DNA of 57,391 nucleotides from a virus (Duplodnaviria; Caudoviricetes). The stretch spans positions 1 through 57,391 of the IMG/VR virus record IMGVR_UViG_3300027708_000083; one strand, 5' to 3'. The translations under genes and the position numbers were made by a program. The notes under the pieces are model-generated. The model did not search any database and had not been told where the DNA came from. It saw only the letters and a list, made by a program, of their open reading frames with translations. Shown here piece by piece: positions 27,952 through 37,214 of the stretch (its first letter is position 1; the number at the start of each line of letters is the position of its first letter).

Positions 27952-29207
27952 TTTTTCTTTCCCGATTTCATGTTAGCCATCCAATGTGCTAACTGTGCCG
28001 CACGTCCATGGTGTCCTTTGGCAAACTTACGTAAACTACTAACACTACCCTTAGTTGGTACGTGATAGCGTTTACTGTCACCTTTGTCTTCTGGATTGCG
28101 CCCATCTGCAAAGTTCTCATGCACTTTGTCTAAAAACGTATCAGCAAACGCTTCACAACGTGTGCGTAGTTCTTTGTTCTGTGTTTCAACTAGATTGTAT
28201 TCACGATCATCTTCTGCACCATCGTGCTGTGTTGGATCAATGTAACCGCAATAAACTTTTTGTATGCCGTGATCATTTAATAAGTCAGCACAGCTAGGTC
28301 CATCACGTTCATCCATTGGAGTGTTACATGGACTTAGTGTTGTAATAATTACACTACCTTGTGGGATACTTCCATACTTCTTAATAAAGTCTTCAATCAC
28401 AGCATGTTCTGCATGTATACGTCCATCCTTGCCTGGACGATTTAGGCGAGCCATGTACTCACCTCTGAGTGGAAGTATGCCAGCGCCAACCATACCAAAG
28501 TCTTTGCCACTAGCTTGCCCTTTTTCTACAAGATCACAAAGCTCTGACAAGTACTTGTCCAGTTTGTGATAGTTGCGTACTTCGTAATCAGTACGATCAT
28601 GATCTAATGAAACGCTTTCGTTAGTTCTCTGATACTCAGTTGCTTCACCTTTCAAACTCACATGCCAAGCATAGAATTTTGTATCTGGGTATTCTTCTTT
28701 AAGGCTAACAAATGCTTCCAAATTAGGAATAGCATCATCGTACATTATGGCTTTGGAGTAAGAATCCTTGTTCAGCAAATTTCGTATAATGATCTTTTTC
28801 TTTTCTTCAGTACTAGCTTTGCCCACAAAGTTACCTGCACGATACACATGTACTTTGCTCATGTCAACACCGTACTTACGAAACGTGTCCAAGAACAGTT
28901 CTCTATCATTGAAGTCTGCACGGGCAGTGACCATAACAACTTTGTTGCCTGTGGCTATGTCATGTTTGAGTTGATCAATCATTGGAATGATTGGTTTAGC
29001 ATTAGTAAAGAATTCTTTGGCGTCTCGGAACGCACCAAAGTCAAACTCTTCACCCGGTTGTAGTTTATAGTGTGTGAAGTCGTGACTGTTGAGACTTTTA
29101 ATTAGTTGTCCATCACGAATGACATGAACTTTAGTTTGAGTGTGGACCAGTGTGTCATCTATATCAAAGATGACCAGCTTGCTTGGATGTATTTCATGTG
29201 CTCTCAT
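27948..29207 (-). CDS. HAD-family phosphatase fused to a Zn-dependent nucleotide/nucleic-acid deaminase
   Basis: FDIDDTL, VTAR, K and YDD (HAD motifs I-IV); IHAEH...LSPC...C (deaminase). Confidence 0.78.
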   Translation of the reverse strand: MRAHEIHPSKLVIFDIDDTLVHTQTKVHVIRDGQLIKSLNSHDFTHYKLQPGEEFDFGAFRDAKEFFTNAKPIIPMIDQLKHDIATGNKVVMVTARADFNDRELFLDTFRKYGVDMSKVHVYRAGNFVGKASTEEKKKIIIRNLLNKDSYSKAIMYDDAIPNLEAFVSLKEEYPDTKFYAWHVSLKGEATEYQRTNESVSLDHDRTDYEVRNYHKLDKYLSELCDLVEKGQASGKDFGMVGAGILPLRGEYMARLNRPGKDGRIHAEHAVIEDFIKKYGSIPQGSVIITTLSPCNTPMDERDGPSCADLLNDHGIQKVYCGYIDPTQHDGAEDDREYNLVETQNKELRTRCEAFADTFLDKVHENFADGRNPEDKGDSKRYHVPTKGSVSSLRKFAKGHHGRAAQLAHWMANMKSGKKK

Positions 29208-29329
29208 AGCTCGTTAATTTCATCAAAGGTTAGCGGTATTCCAGCCATGCCGCAACCAAATACGGCTAATCCAATGTAAATCTGTTTAAACAGGGCTGTA
29301 AGGGTTTCTTGGTCTATCATATCCATCAT
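29204..29329 (-). CDS. Small hypothetical protein
   Basis: GAGG RBS before MMDMIDQE and upstream TAAATA. Confidence 0.45.
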   Translation of the reverse strand: MMDMIDQETLTALFKQIYIGLAVFGCGMAGIPLTFDEINEL

Positions 29330-29358
29330 CCTCTGGGTATACAGGATATTTATCTGGT

Positions 29359-30180
29359 TCAGTCGGCGGAAGCGTTGGCTCCGCATTTAGCACGTTTAGC
29401 ATTAGTTAAAGCTCCAAAGTCTACTGGCCATTCTTGTCCAGGATTTAATTCTCTAGCATTTTTAGGAAACTTGAAATCAATACCAGATGTTTTTTCAATT
29501 TGTGCAATCGGCAATCGGAAGCGAGTTAAATCGTTACCCAAGTTAGGATATGGTGCAACGTGCGGAAAAGCCCAACCTGCGATTTCTCCTGTAGCTTGAT
29601 TGGTAACAATCTTGTAAAAACCGTGTGGAACAACTACACCGGTACCGATCTTCTTGTCGGTAGCATCATAGATACCACCTGCGACGATTGTGTAAGTTTG
29701 ATTACGCTGTACTGCCCACCCACGCACTGATGTTTCTAACAGTTTCCAAATACCGCGATTTAAACTACCGGCCTGTGGGCTCATGTTGGTCATAAGGAAT
29801 GATTCAAACTCTACTTGTACATCCCATGATAGGTCACCATCTGGTGCCATATGTCCTTTGTCGTAGCCTGTGCCAGCATAGTCATCCGGACGAGCTCCGC
29901 CCTGGACGCTTTGATCTGCGGCAAACGCATTGGTACGAGCAACACAGCCTATGGCATTAGGGGGTGTCAAGGTGTAGGCTACGTAGTTTGGTAGTTTGGC
30001 CTGTGCATCATATGCCACTAGGTAAGCCTGACGGCAAATAGGTTGTAGTTGACGTGCTGTCTGTGCAAAGCCGTATGGTTGATGAACAGCACAGGCCTGT
30101 ACTGGATTTGGAGCACGTTGATCCCATGCACTTGCTAGACTGCTAACAGCAAGTAGTAGGACAAATAGTAATTGTTTCAT
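29359..30180 (-). CDS. Secreted DNA/RNA non-specific endonuclease (NucA/Serratia family)
   Basis: Signal peptide, YDKGHMAP, NMSPQ..LNRGIW..LE and VPHGFYK. Confidence 0.9.
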   Translation of the reverse strand: MKQLLFVLLLAVSSLASAWDQRAPNPVQACAVHQPYGFAQTARQLQPICRQAYLVAYDAQAKLPNYVAYTLTPPNAIGCVARTNAFAADQSVQGGARPDDYAGTGYDKGHMAPDGDLSWDVQVEFESFLMTNMSPQAGSLNRGIWKLLETSVRGWAVQRNQTYTIVAGGIYDATDKKIGTGVVVPHGFYKIVTNQATGEIAGWAFPHVAPYPNLGNDLTRFRLPIAQIEKTSGIDFKFPKNARELNPGQEWPVDFGALTNAKRAKCGANASAD

Positions 30181-30215
30181 TAATAGCACCTTTTTAATTA
30201 AGTGCTATTATTTAG

Positions 30216-30635
30216 TTAGAAACTATTGTTGATCCAGCCGATCTTCTTTCCAGCGGCAATGCGTCTATCGTGCTCTTCTACACTGCCTGGCCAGCGCCAT
30301 GCCCATACAGCAACACACAGCATAAAGATGCCTGTATAAACAATGCCACGAGCGGGTACGTTGGTAAAGTACATGATAGCCAAACTGGAACTCATCATGG
30401 CCAGCATAAAGAACTTCATCTTAGTGGGAAATACACGTTTCTCACACCAGTTAGTAAGGAACGGGCCAAAGATCTTATGATTATATAGCCAGCGATGCAT
30501 ACGTTCGTTGCCTTTGCTAAAGCAATAGGCCGCAAATACTACGAAGCAACTATAAGGAATGCCCGGGGTAATTAATCCCACATAGGCCATGCCTAAACTT
30601 AAAAATCCTAATATATTCCATAAAAACTTTTTCAT
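30216..30635 (-). CDS. YbaN/DUF454 inner-membrane protein
   Basis: G...PGIP..F...AAYCF.K...R.H.WL.NHK.FGP.L..W. Confidence 0.85.
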   Translation of the reverse strand: MKKFLWNILGFLSLGMAYVGLITPGIPYSCFVVFAAYCFSKGNERMHRWLYNHKIFGPFLTNWCEKRVFPTKMKFFMLAMMSSSLAIMYFTNVPARGIVYTGIFMLCVAVWAWRWPGSVEEHDRRIAAGKKIGWINNSF

Positions 30636-31510
30636 GCGATCCCCCAACTGTTATTACTTTTTCTTGCTTGTTTATCAAATCCATTTTTACAAATAGATTT
30701 AGGACACACCGTGGCATCTTGATGCAATAATATAGGATTATTGTATATATTGCCAAATCCTGACCCGCTGGCATGGCACCATCCTCGGTATACATTTCCA
30801 GCATAGTCGACTACGATTTGATCGACTCCGGCCCAACATAAATGCCCTAAGTAATTATCATACAGAGTTTGCTCAGTCCACTGAATTTGGACTTCAACTG
30901 GTTGGTCTTGCGGAACTACAATCTTGGAGGATTCTACGTAATAAGTCCATTGCTCATAATTATAGTCTAGGTACTTGTTGTTACCTCGTTGATAGTTAGA
31001 AAAAAGTGTTTTGAAACTTACTGAATATGCATGCTCTTTAAACATTTCAAAAGCATCAACCGCCTGTTGCCACCGATCAACTTCAGCATCTGCGTTAACT
31101 ACTATGTGGCACGGAACATTGCTGTTGTAGGCCAAATCAACAACAGATTTGAAATGGTCAGTATCTACTTTGTAATGCCATGCTAAAATTAGTTTGCTAC
31201 AGTTGGCTATTGCCTGCGACCACCAGGATAGATCTGCACTAGCATTAGTGTGCAGTTGGAATTTAAGTCGAGGATCTAGAGATTCAGTTAGCAGACGTCG
31301 AATACTATCAGATACTGTAGGTTCGCCGCCCTGTAGTTCAATATGAATACAATCGTAATTTTTAGTGCTTCTAAGTAAATTATGTAGGCCGGCACTTAGT
31401 CTTTCATAAGTTGCAAACGGCCTACTTCCACTGTTAAGACTATGATGGCAATATTCGCATTTGAAATTGCAATCATTACCAGCTTGCCATTGAACTACTA
31501 ATTCTTTCAC
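30632..31510 (-). CDS. Radical SAM protein with SPASM/twitch-like C-terminus
   Basis: CNFKCEYC, GGEPT, TNAS and C-terminal C..G...G...WC...C...C. Confidence 0.85.
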   Translation of the reverse strand: MKELVVQWQAGNDCNFKCEYCHHSLNSGSRPFATYERLSAGLHNLLRSTKNYDCIHIELQGGEPTVSDSIRRLLTESLDPRLKFQLHTNASADLSWWSQAIANCSKLILAWHYKVDTDHFKSVVDLAYNSNVPCHIVVNADAEVDRWQQAVDAFEMFKEHAYSVSFKTLFSNYQRGNNKYLDYNYEQWTYYVESSKIVVPQDQPVEVQIQWTEQTLYDNYLGHLCWAGVDQIVVDYAGNVYRGWCHASGSGFGNIYNNPILLHQDATVCPKSICKNGFDKQARKSNNSWGIA

Positions 31511-32022
31511 TCTAAGAATTTAAGCCATTCTTTGTGTGGTACATTGAAAGAATGCTTTTTTCTTTTGTTTACCAATTCGTAGTAATCAGGCTTATAAGGT
31601 TTACGTATTGGTTTCCACCCTTTGGTCTTATCACTTTTATTAGAGTTGCAGGTTTGGCAGGCAGTAGTACAATTATCCCATGTACTCTTGCCGCCTTTGC
31701 TCACAGGCATAACGTGATCAAGAGTGGCAACCTTGCGTTCAATAGATTTGGCACAATACTGGCAAACACCTTCATCTCGTAGATATACATTGCCTCTACT
31801 GAATCGTACAGTCATTTTTGGTTTCATGTATGTACGTAGGATCATAACACTAGGTACTTGTGTTTCCCAGCTGGCACTATGCACAATCCAATTATCGTGC
31901 CACATCAATACATCGGCTTTTTCTAAAACCAAATATCTAATTGAATCTTGCCATGTGAGAGTGCTTAACGGCATATAAGCCACTGGATTACCGTCAGCGT
32001 TCAGCAGTAAAGTATCTGCCAT
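31507..32022 (-). CDS. HNH endonuclease (McrA-like)
   Basis: RD...CQYC, TLDHVMPVSKGG, WDN and ACQTCN. Confidence 0.9.
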   Translation of the reverse strand: MADTLLLNADGNPVAYMPLSTLTWQDSIRYLVLEKADVLMWHDNWIVHSASWETQVPSVMILRTYMKPKMTVRFSRGNVYLRDEGVCQYCAKSIERKVATLDHVMPVSKGGKSTWDNCTTACQTCNSNKSDKTKGWKPIRKPYKPDYYELVNKRKKHSFNVPHKEWLKFLE

Positions 32023-32087
32023 TTTGATTACCTCTATAGTTGTGTTACAGACCCAACCGAAGTATTTATTATATACGAGATTACAAG

Positions 32088-32636
32088 TTATGTCAACAAG
32101 TTTTCAGCAAACTGTTGAGCACTTTGATCAATAGCGTTGCACCACTGATCTTTATTATCTGAGTCAAATACCAAATTGACAGAACTATTTGCCCAACACC
32201 AACTTGTAGTAATATTCCAAGGTGATTTACCTTGTATTTCGCCTATTAGTTGTCCCTGTGTCCACCCACACATACCAACGAATAATCTCCAACGCTCTGG
32301 AGTATCACCGGCAGCAAGTCTTGGCAATATATCGTCAGCACTACTGAGACTAAATTCGTTGTTAATCCTCATAGTATTTTTACTTTGCCAATCATTAGTG
32401 TGCAGGAAGCTGAGGCTTTTGGTATTAATAGGGCCGCCCATATAAACAAATCCCGGAACATCTACATGCATTCCTAACGATTGGGCAAACTCTACTATTG
32501 ATGTTTGACTACTTCTGTTTAGTACAAGACCAACACTGCCATTTTGGTCGTGTTCGGTGACCATTATCACAGTTTTGTACCAGAAGTTTCCTTTGACAGC
32601 CGGAGGGGCGATTAATAAATTTCCTACAATATTCAT
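32088..32636 (-). CDS. YqgE/AlgH (DUF179) family protein
   Basis: GNLLIAPP, EH...G.VGLVLN, YMGGP and GW..GQL..EI. Confidence 0.85.
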   Translation of the reverse strand: MNIVGNLLIAPPAVKGNFWYKTVIMVTEHDQNGSVGLVLNRSSQTSIVEFAQSLGMHVDVPGFVYMGGPINTKSLSFLHTNDWQSKNTMRINNEFSLSSADDILPRLAAGDTPERWRLFVGMCGWTQGQLIGEIQGKSPWNITTSWCWANSSVNLVFDSDNKDQWCNAIDQSAQQFAENLLT

Positions 32637-32654
32637 GTAGGTATTTATAGCTAG

Positions 32655-34097
32655 TTAAGCAGTCCTGATATCTTTCAAGGTGGTCAATGCAAGATCGGCT
32701 TTGACACCTGCCCTGTTGGAACCTACTCCTTGATATGTGCTCAATCCTGTGGTGTTGGGTAGTCCAGCCCATACGTTAGAAAGTTTATTCAAGAATTCGC
32801 CGTCGGATACTTTGCCATCCAACCATCCATCCAATTTGCACTGAAAACGCATGGTATATATAGCCAGTTGATCTTGAAATTTAGGATCAAACTTCTGCTG
32901 ATTCATGTCTACACCCATGCGCTTGGCATAATCTAGCAGAGTACCAGGCATGTATTGATAACGTCCAGCAGCCGCAGTCTCCCCGCCGGCGCCGCCCCTC
33001 TTTTGATATTTGTACAACTCAGCTAATGTCATATCTAGTATCTGAGGAACACGCTTCCCGCCTTGCATGACATCGTAGGCGCCACCACTTTCTGGTTTGG
33101 CTATGAGATCCAACACTTTGCCAACTTTACCTGTGGTTACCGCATCTTGCGACAGAGCCGCCATTGGTGTGTTGGTTACAGCTCTTGCTTTTACGTCTGA
33201 TTTTTCAGCATGCGTCAGTCCGCTTGCAATATCAGGCTTAGAAGCCAGTAATTTATTTAAAGCTCCTACAGTTTCAGGTCCTGGATCACCATCAACGTCT
33301 ACCCCCAGGCGGGCCTGCAATTTTTTCACTGCCGCACTGGTATAAGGACCACGAACACCATCTACGCCATTAGGTCCAATATCATATCCTAGTGCCACTA
33401 AGGTCTTTTGTATATCAGCTACCTCAGTGCCTACCCTACCACTAGGTACAGCAATTTCAAAACTGCTAGAAGACTTGCTAGGTGAAGCTCCTTGTTTTTT
33501 ATCATCTTTAGATGATTTGCTATCTACTGAAGAAGCGGCTCCTGATGCTCCTGCTTGGAACAATTTAGAATACCCATTGAAAGGATGTATACCGTCATGC
33601 TGACTAATTGAATTATCAAAATCTTCAAGTGGTCCTAAGAATTTAGCTCCGTTGGCTGATGCAATTGAATCCAGTTGTTGATTTACGCCTGTGTAATTCA
33701 CTACCCAGGACTTGCCTTTGGTAAACTGTGTAGGTTTTTGTGGTGGAGTTTGCTTACTTGCTACGCCGACAAGCACTACCTTGGCACCTGCATCTTTAAG
33801 TAATCTAATCTGGCTTGATATTGGTCCAAAGTTTTCTTGCTGTATTACGGTACCATCGTCAGTTTGTACTTTAGAACTGTTGGCAGCGCCACTGCTTAAA
33901 ATTACAGTTGCGCCGTTAGCTTTTCCACTTTTAATAAAAGGTTTAACTAAATTTTGCAAAACAAAAGAAGTATTCTTTCCTGGATCAGTATATTGAGTAG
34001 TAACATGGCCCGCACCTGCAATTCCATTAGCAATACTATCTCCGATTACGTAGACATTCTTGTTGTCACTTTCTAGTATTATTTCTAAAATCTTCAT
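32655..34097 (-). CDS. SGNH esterase + peptidoglycan-binding + lysozyme/lytic-transglycosylase fusion
   Basis: IGDS/G..N/DGIHP; DG..GP.T..AV..LQ...G..VDG..GP.T; ESGGAY...AAGRYQ...Q...W.GLP. Confidence 0.8.
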   Translation of the reverse strand: MKILEIILESDNKNVYVIGDSIANGIAGAGHVTTQYTDPGKNTSFVLQNLVKPFIKSGKANGATVILSSGAANSSKVQTDDGTVIQQENFGPISSQIRLLKDAGAKVVLVGVASKQTPPQKPTQFTKGKSWVVNYTGVNQQLDSIASANGAKFLGPLEDFDNSISQHDGIHPFNGYSKLFQAGASGAASSVDSKSSKDDKKQGASPSKSSSSFEIAVPSGRVGTEVADIQKTLVALGYDIGPNGVDGVRGPYTSAAVKKLQARLGVDVDGDPGPETVGALNKLLASKPDIASGLTHAEKSDVKARAVTNTPMAALSQDAVTTGKVGKVLDLIAKPESGGAYDVMQGGKRVPQILDMTLAELYKYQKRGGAGGETAAAGRYQYMPGTLLDYAKRMGVDMNQQKFDPKFQDQLAIYTMRFQCKLDGWLDGKVSDGEFLNKLSNVWAGLPNTTGLSTYQGVGSNRAGVKADLALTTLKDIRTA

Positions 34098-34098
34098 G

Positions 34099-34371
34099 TT
34101 ATGACCAATCGGGTAGTGGGCCGCCATACTTCTGGCCTTTGATACGATGTCCGCCAACCACAACTCTACTTTTAGGACTTTTTCCTAGCTTATGGCTCTT
34201 CTTACCATCTCGAGCACGTAGACCTTGGCTTTTACAGCTAGCAAGATTGCTAGCACCTAGTTGGCTATCTGGCTTTGAACTAGTACACAGCTGACGTGAA
34301 GCTTTGCCGTGCTCGTTTAAGCTGCCGCCACAATCTGGACAAAATTGTTCTGTTACTTCGTATAATCTCAT
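34099..34371 (-). CDS. Basic Cys-containing hypothetical protein (MRLYEVTE start)
   Basis: CPDCG; TAAATA 5 nt upstream. Confidence 0.65.
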   Translation of the reverse strand: MRLYEVTEQFCPDCGGSLNEHGKASRQLCTSSKPDSQLGASNLASCKSQGLRARDGKKSHKLGKSPKSRVVVGGHRIKGQKYGGPLPDWS

Positions 34372-34384
34372 ACAGATATTTATG

Positions 34385-34978
34385 CTAATTTAACGATTCA
34401 ACAAATGCGGCTAAGTTATCAAATATTATGACCTTTGGTTTAATGTCTCTATAAGCATATCTGCTGAGATCCTGCTCAGTCTTAGCACCTTGTCCAGTGC
34501 GTACTAATACAGGTCTTGCACCAATAGCAACCGCGGCTTTAAGGTCACGTATAGTGTGCCCAACGTAATACCCACCCTTAAACTGCACATCGCCACGTTC
34601 TTTTTCACAGCGTTTGAACATTTCTATATTGGGTTTTACATACGGATCTTGTTTCTGTGCGCCTGCACTGTAATATAGCCCGTCTATCTCTGCAACACCG
34701 ACACCACCGAGATGTTTAAACATTTCATCATTAACTAGCTCAACATCTGCTTCTTTGTATCGACCTTGTTCAATTCCTCGTTGATCAGTGATGATACTAA
34801 TTTTATAACCCTTGCGTCGCATTTCTGCGATAGCATCGATACTACCTGCGATAGGTTTAAAATCTTCGGCTCGAGCAACATAGTCGACTATTTCATTAAT
34901 TACACCGTCACGCTCTAGCCCAACTACACATTTAGTCCTGTATTCGCCGCCACTCCAAATGACACTGGGTTTATTCAT
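34385..34978 (-). CDS. gmhB: GmhB-like heptose-1,7-bisphosphate phosphatase (HAD), motif I variant ERDG
   Basis: LERDGVIN, ITDQRGI, KPNIEM, VGH...D..A and LVRTG.G. Confidence 0.75.
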   Translation of the reverse strand: MNKPSVIWSGGEYRTKCVVGLERDGVINEIVDYVARAEDFKPIAGSIDAIAEMRRKGYKISIITDQRGIEQGRYKEADVELVNDEMFKHLGGVGVAEIDGLYYSAGAQKQDPYVKPNIEMFKRCEKERGDVQFKGGYYVGHTIRDLKAAVAIGARPVLVRTGQGAKTEQDLSRYAYRDIKPKVIIFDNLAAFVESLN

Positions 34979-35758
34979 TTAACATTCTCTCAAAGTACTG
35001 TTTAATTTAGTTAAATCTGCACAGGTGTACTTTTGATATGACTGCTCTAATTCTTTAGGCATAGCTATTTGTTCTACGACTGAAGGATACTGTATACCAA
35101 TCTCAGTAGCAACATCTAAAAAGCTCTTGGTCTTGCCGGTACCGAGATTCCACAGTCCAGAACTCTTAACGTACAGAAATTTGATGTGCGTTTTAACTAC
35201 TTCGCTTACATGGATAAAATCTCTATGATAGTTTCTGCTGTTGTCGAATAGTTTTATTGTTCCTGTTGTTTTAGCCTGTTGTGTGAATTTATAGTAAGGA
35301 CTAGCTTGATCGCCTTTGTGTTCCTCACCCTCGGGACCATACACATTAAAGTATCTGAATATCTGTGTAGTTGCACCCATTGGATGCTCTCTGATATATC
35401 GCTCGGCTAGATATTTAGAGAACGCATAAGGAGTACGAGGATCCACAGTTGCATCTTCTTTGAAGTCAGTGCCTAATCCATACACACTTGCACTGCTAGA
35501 AAACTGAAAGTTGACACCATATGTTTTACAAGCATTATAAAGTTGTCGAGTAAAATCATAGTTCTGTTTAAGAACTTTATCTACATCTCGTTCTGTTGTG
35601 CTACTGATAGCACCCATATGTATGACCCAGTCTTGTTCCATTACACTAGGTAGCAATTCTCCCCACTCATAGGTGCTTACACAATGTCCGTCAGCTTCTA
35701 GAGCTGTTAGCATGTGGCTACCAATAAAGCCCTTATGTCCGGTTAATAATACTCTCAT
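34979..35758 (-). CDS. hldD: ADP-L-glycero-D-manno-heptose 6-epimerase-like (copy 2)
   Basis: TGHKGFIG, HMGAISSTTE, SSASVYG, YAFSK, RYFNVYGP.EEHKG and YQKYTCAD. Confidence 0.85.
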   Translation of the reverse strand: MRVLLTGHKGFIGSHMLTALEADGHCVSTYEWGELLPSVMEQDWVIHMGAISSTTERDVDKVLKQNYDFTRQLYNACKTYGVNFQFSSSASVYGLGTDFKEDATVDPRTPYAFSKYLAERYIREHPMGATTQIFRYFNVYGPEGEEHKGDQASPYYKFTQQAKTTGTIKLFDNSRNYHRDFIHVSEVVKTHIKFLYVKSSGLWNLGTGKTKSFLDVATEIGIQYPSVVEQIAMPKELEQSYQKYTCADLTKLNSTLREC

Positions 35759-36522
35759 TTGATTTGCTCCAGTCTAGGTGCATATACTCCCACGTGCTGT
35801 ACTGTTATGCCAGCGGCTTTGTTGGCAAATACTATTGCTTTGGGCATATGGTTAGTTTCTAAAAACTTATATACCAGTGCAGATAAAAACGTGTCTCCTG
35901 CTCCACACACATCGGTTACGTCTCCAACAATTTCTGCAGAATATATCCAGTCGTTCCAATAGGCGCCATCACCGCCGTGTGTGACAATCAAATGCTCAGA
36001 GTCAGGTAAACTTGTTGCCAGACTTTTTTCTAATTTATTAATTTTTATATAACAACCTTTCAGTCTTGCCAAGTCTCGCTTCTTTGTATCAATAAAGATT
36101 GGCACAGTTACTTCTTTGATCAGCTGTTCGACAAGTTCGTAGCTCACTGAGCCTTTGTTATAATCGCTAATCACAACAGCATCGTACATATCGGGTATGG
36201 CTGTTTCAAACGTGATAGGATCGCTAATCTCATCGTGATCAATGCGTAGTAAATGTTGCTTGCTACGTTGATCAATTATGCGTTTTTTCCTGTTGGTCTT
36301 GCCGTGTAAAAATGTTACATCACATCCCAATGCTTCTAAATTCTTACGTACATTGCCGGCCATGCCGTCTAAGATTATTTCATACTTTGGTTCAAACACA
36401 GGTACTGGTGCTTCGGGACTAATGCGATCAACAGTTCCGTACACATAAGTGTCTACGCAGTCATCGCCTATCAGCAATATGTTGAATGATTTTTGTACTT
36501 GAGTATGGTTCAATTCTGTCAT
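35755..36522 (-). CDS. Heptose-7-phosphate kinase (RfaE/HldE domain I, PfkB family)
   Basis: GTVDRISPEAPVP, SDYNKG and DVCGAGDTF. Confidence 0.9.
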   Translation of the reverse strand: MTELNHTQVQKSFNILLIGDDCVDTYVYGTVDRISPEAPVPVFEPKYEIILDGMAGNVRKNLEALGCDVTFLHGKTNRKKRIIDQRSKQHLLRIDHDEISDPITFETAIPDMYDAVVISDYNKGSVSYELVEQLIKEVTVPIFIDTKKRDLARLKGCYIKINKLEKSLATSLPDSEHLIVTHGGDGAYWNDWIYSAEIVGDVTDVCGAGDTFLSALVYKFLETNHMPKAIVFANKAAGITVQHVGVYAPRLEQIK

Positions 36523-36862
36523 AATAAATTACTTCTTTACAATATTGATGTGCGGTAGATTGTGTGTCGTGTTTCCAGTCACTGCCTTTGACATACACAT
36601 CAGGCCTGTACGTTTTCATTAGTTCTACTAATTCTTCTGTGCTACCAAATGTTTTAACATAGTCAACACATTTTAAACTATGTAGCATAAACATTCTATC
36701 ACTTTGGTTGTTTATAGGCCGAGCAGGGCCTTTGAGTTCTGCTACTCGACTGTCGGTGTCTATGGCGACTAACAAATAATCACCCTGACTCTTTGCATAA
36801 TGCAACAGTTCTAAATGCCCGCGATGCAGGATATCAAATGTGCCATTAACCATTACTCGCAT
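36461..36862 (-). CDS. Heptose-1-phosphate nucleotidyltransferase (RfaE/HldE domain II)
   Basis: NGTFDILHRGH, LKG..RP, VKGSDW and YSSTKII. Confidence 0.9.
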   Translation of the reverse strand: MRVMVNGTFDILHRGHLELLHYAKSQGDYLLVAIDTDSRVAELKGPARPINNQSDRMFMLHSLKCVDYVKTFGSTEELVELMKTYRPDVYVKGSDWKHDTQSTAHQYCKEVIYYDRIEPYSSTKIIQHIADRR

Positions 36863-37214
36863 TTTGACTGTCACCTTTGCCTACTCTGTAATTGTCTTCT
36901 ACGCTGTCCGGAGTGCTGACTTCCACAATGATGCCTTCTTTGAGACAAATTAGCTGATGTGGCTCTAGCGGGTAGTTACGCCATGTATCACCTTCTTCCA
37001 ATATCTCAGAGTGTACACTGGCATCTTTGGTGTCGATGTACTTGACTTCAAACCGTCCCTGTAGCACTAACCATGTTTCGTCCTTCTCGCTGTGGAAATG
37101 CATACTAAACTTAGCCGCATCTTTAAAGTACATGATCTTTCCACAGTACTTGTCATTGGTGGCAAAGATATATTCTCCACCCCAGCCTTTTTCTACGATG
37201 CCTTCAAGCCTCAT
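36846..37214 (-). CDS. Cupin sugar-phosphate isomerase-like protein
   Basis: KGWG.E, SMHFH..KDETW, PH and EVST...EDNYRV. Confidence 0.75.
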   Translation of the reverse strand: MRLEGIVEKGWGGEYIFATNDKYCGKIMYFKDAAKFSMHFHSEKDETWLVLQGRFEVKYIDTKDASVHSEILEEGDTWRNYPLEPHQLICLKEGIIVEVSTPDSVEDNYRVGKGDSQNASNG

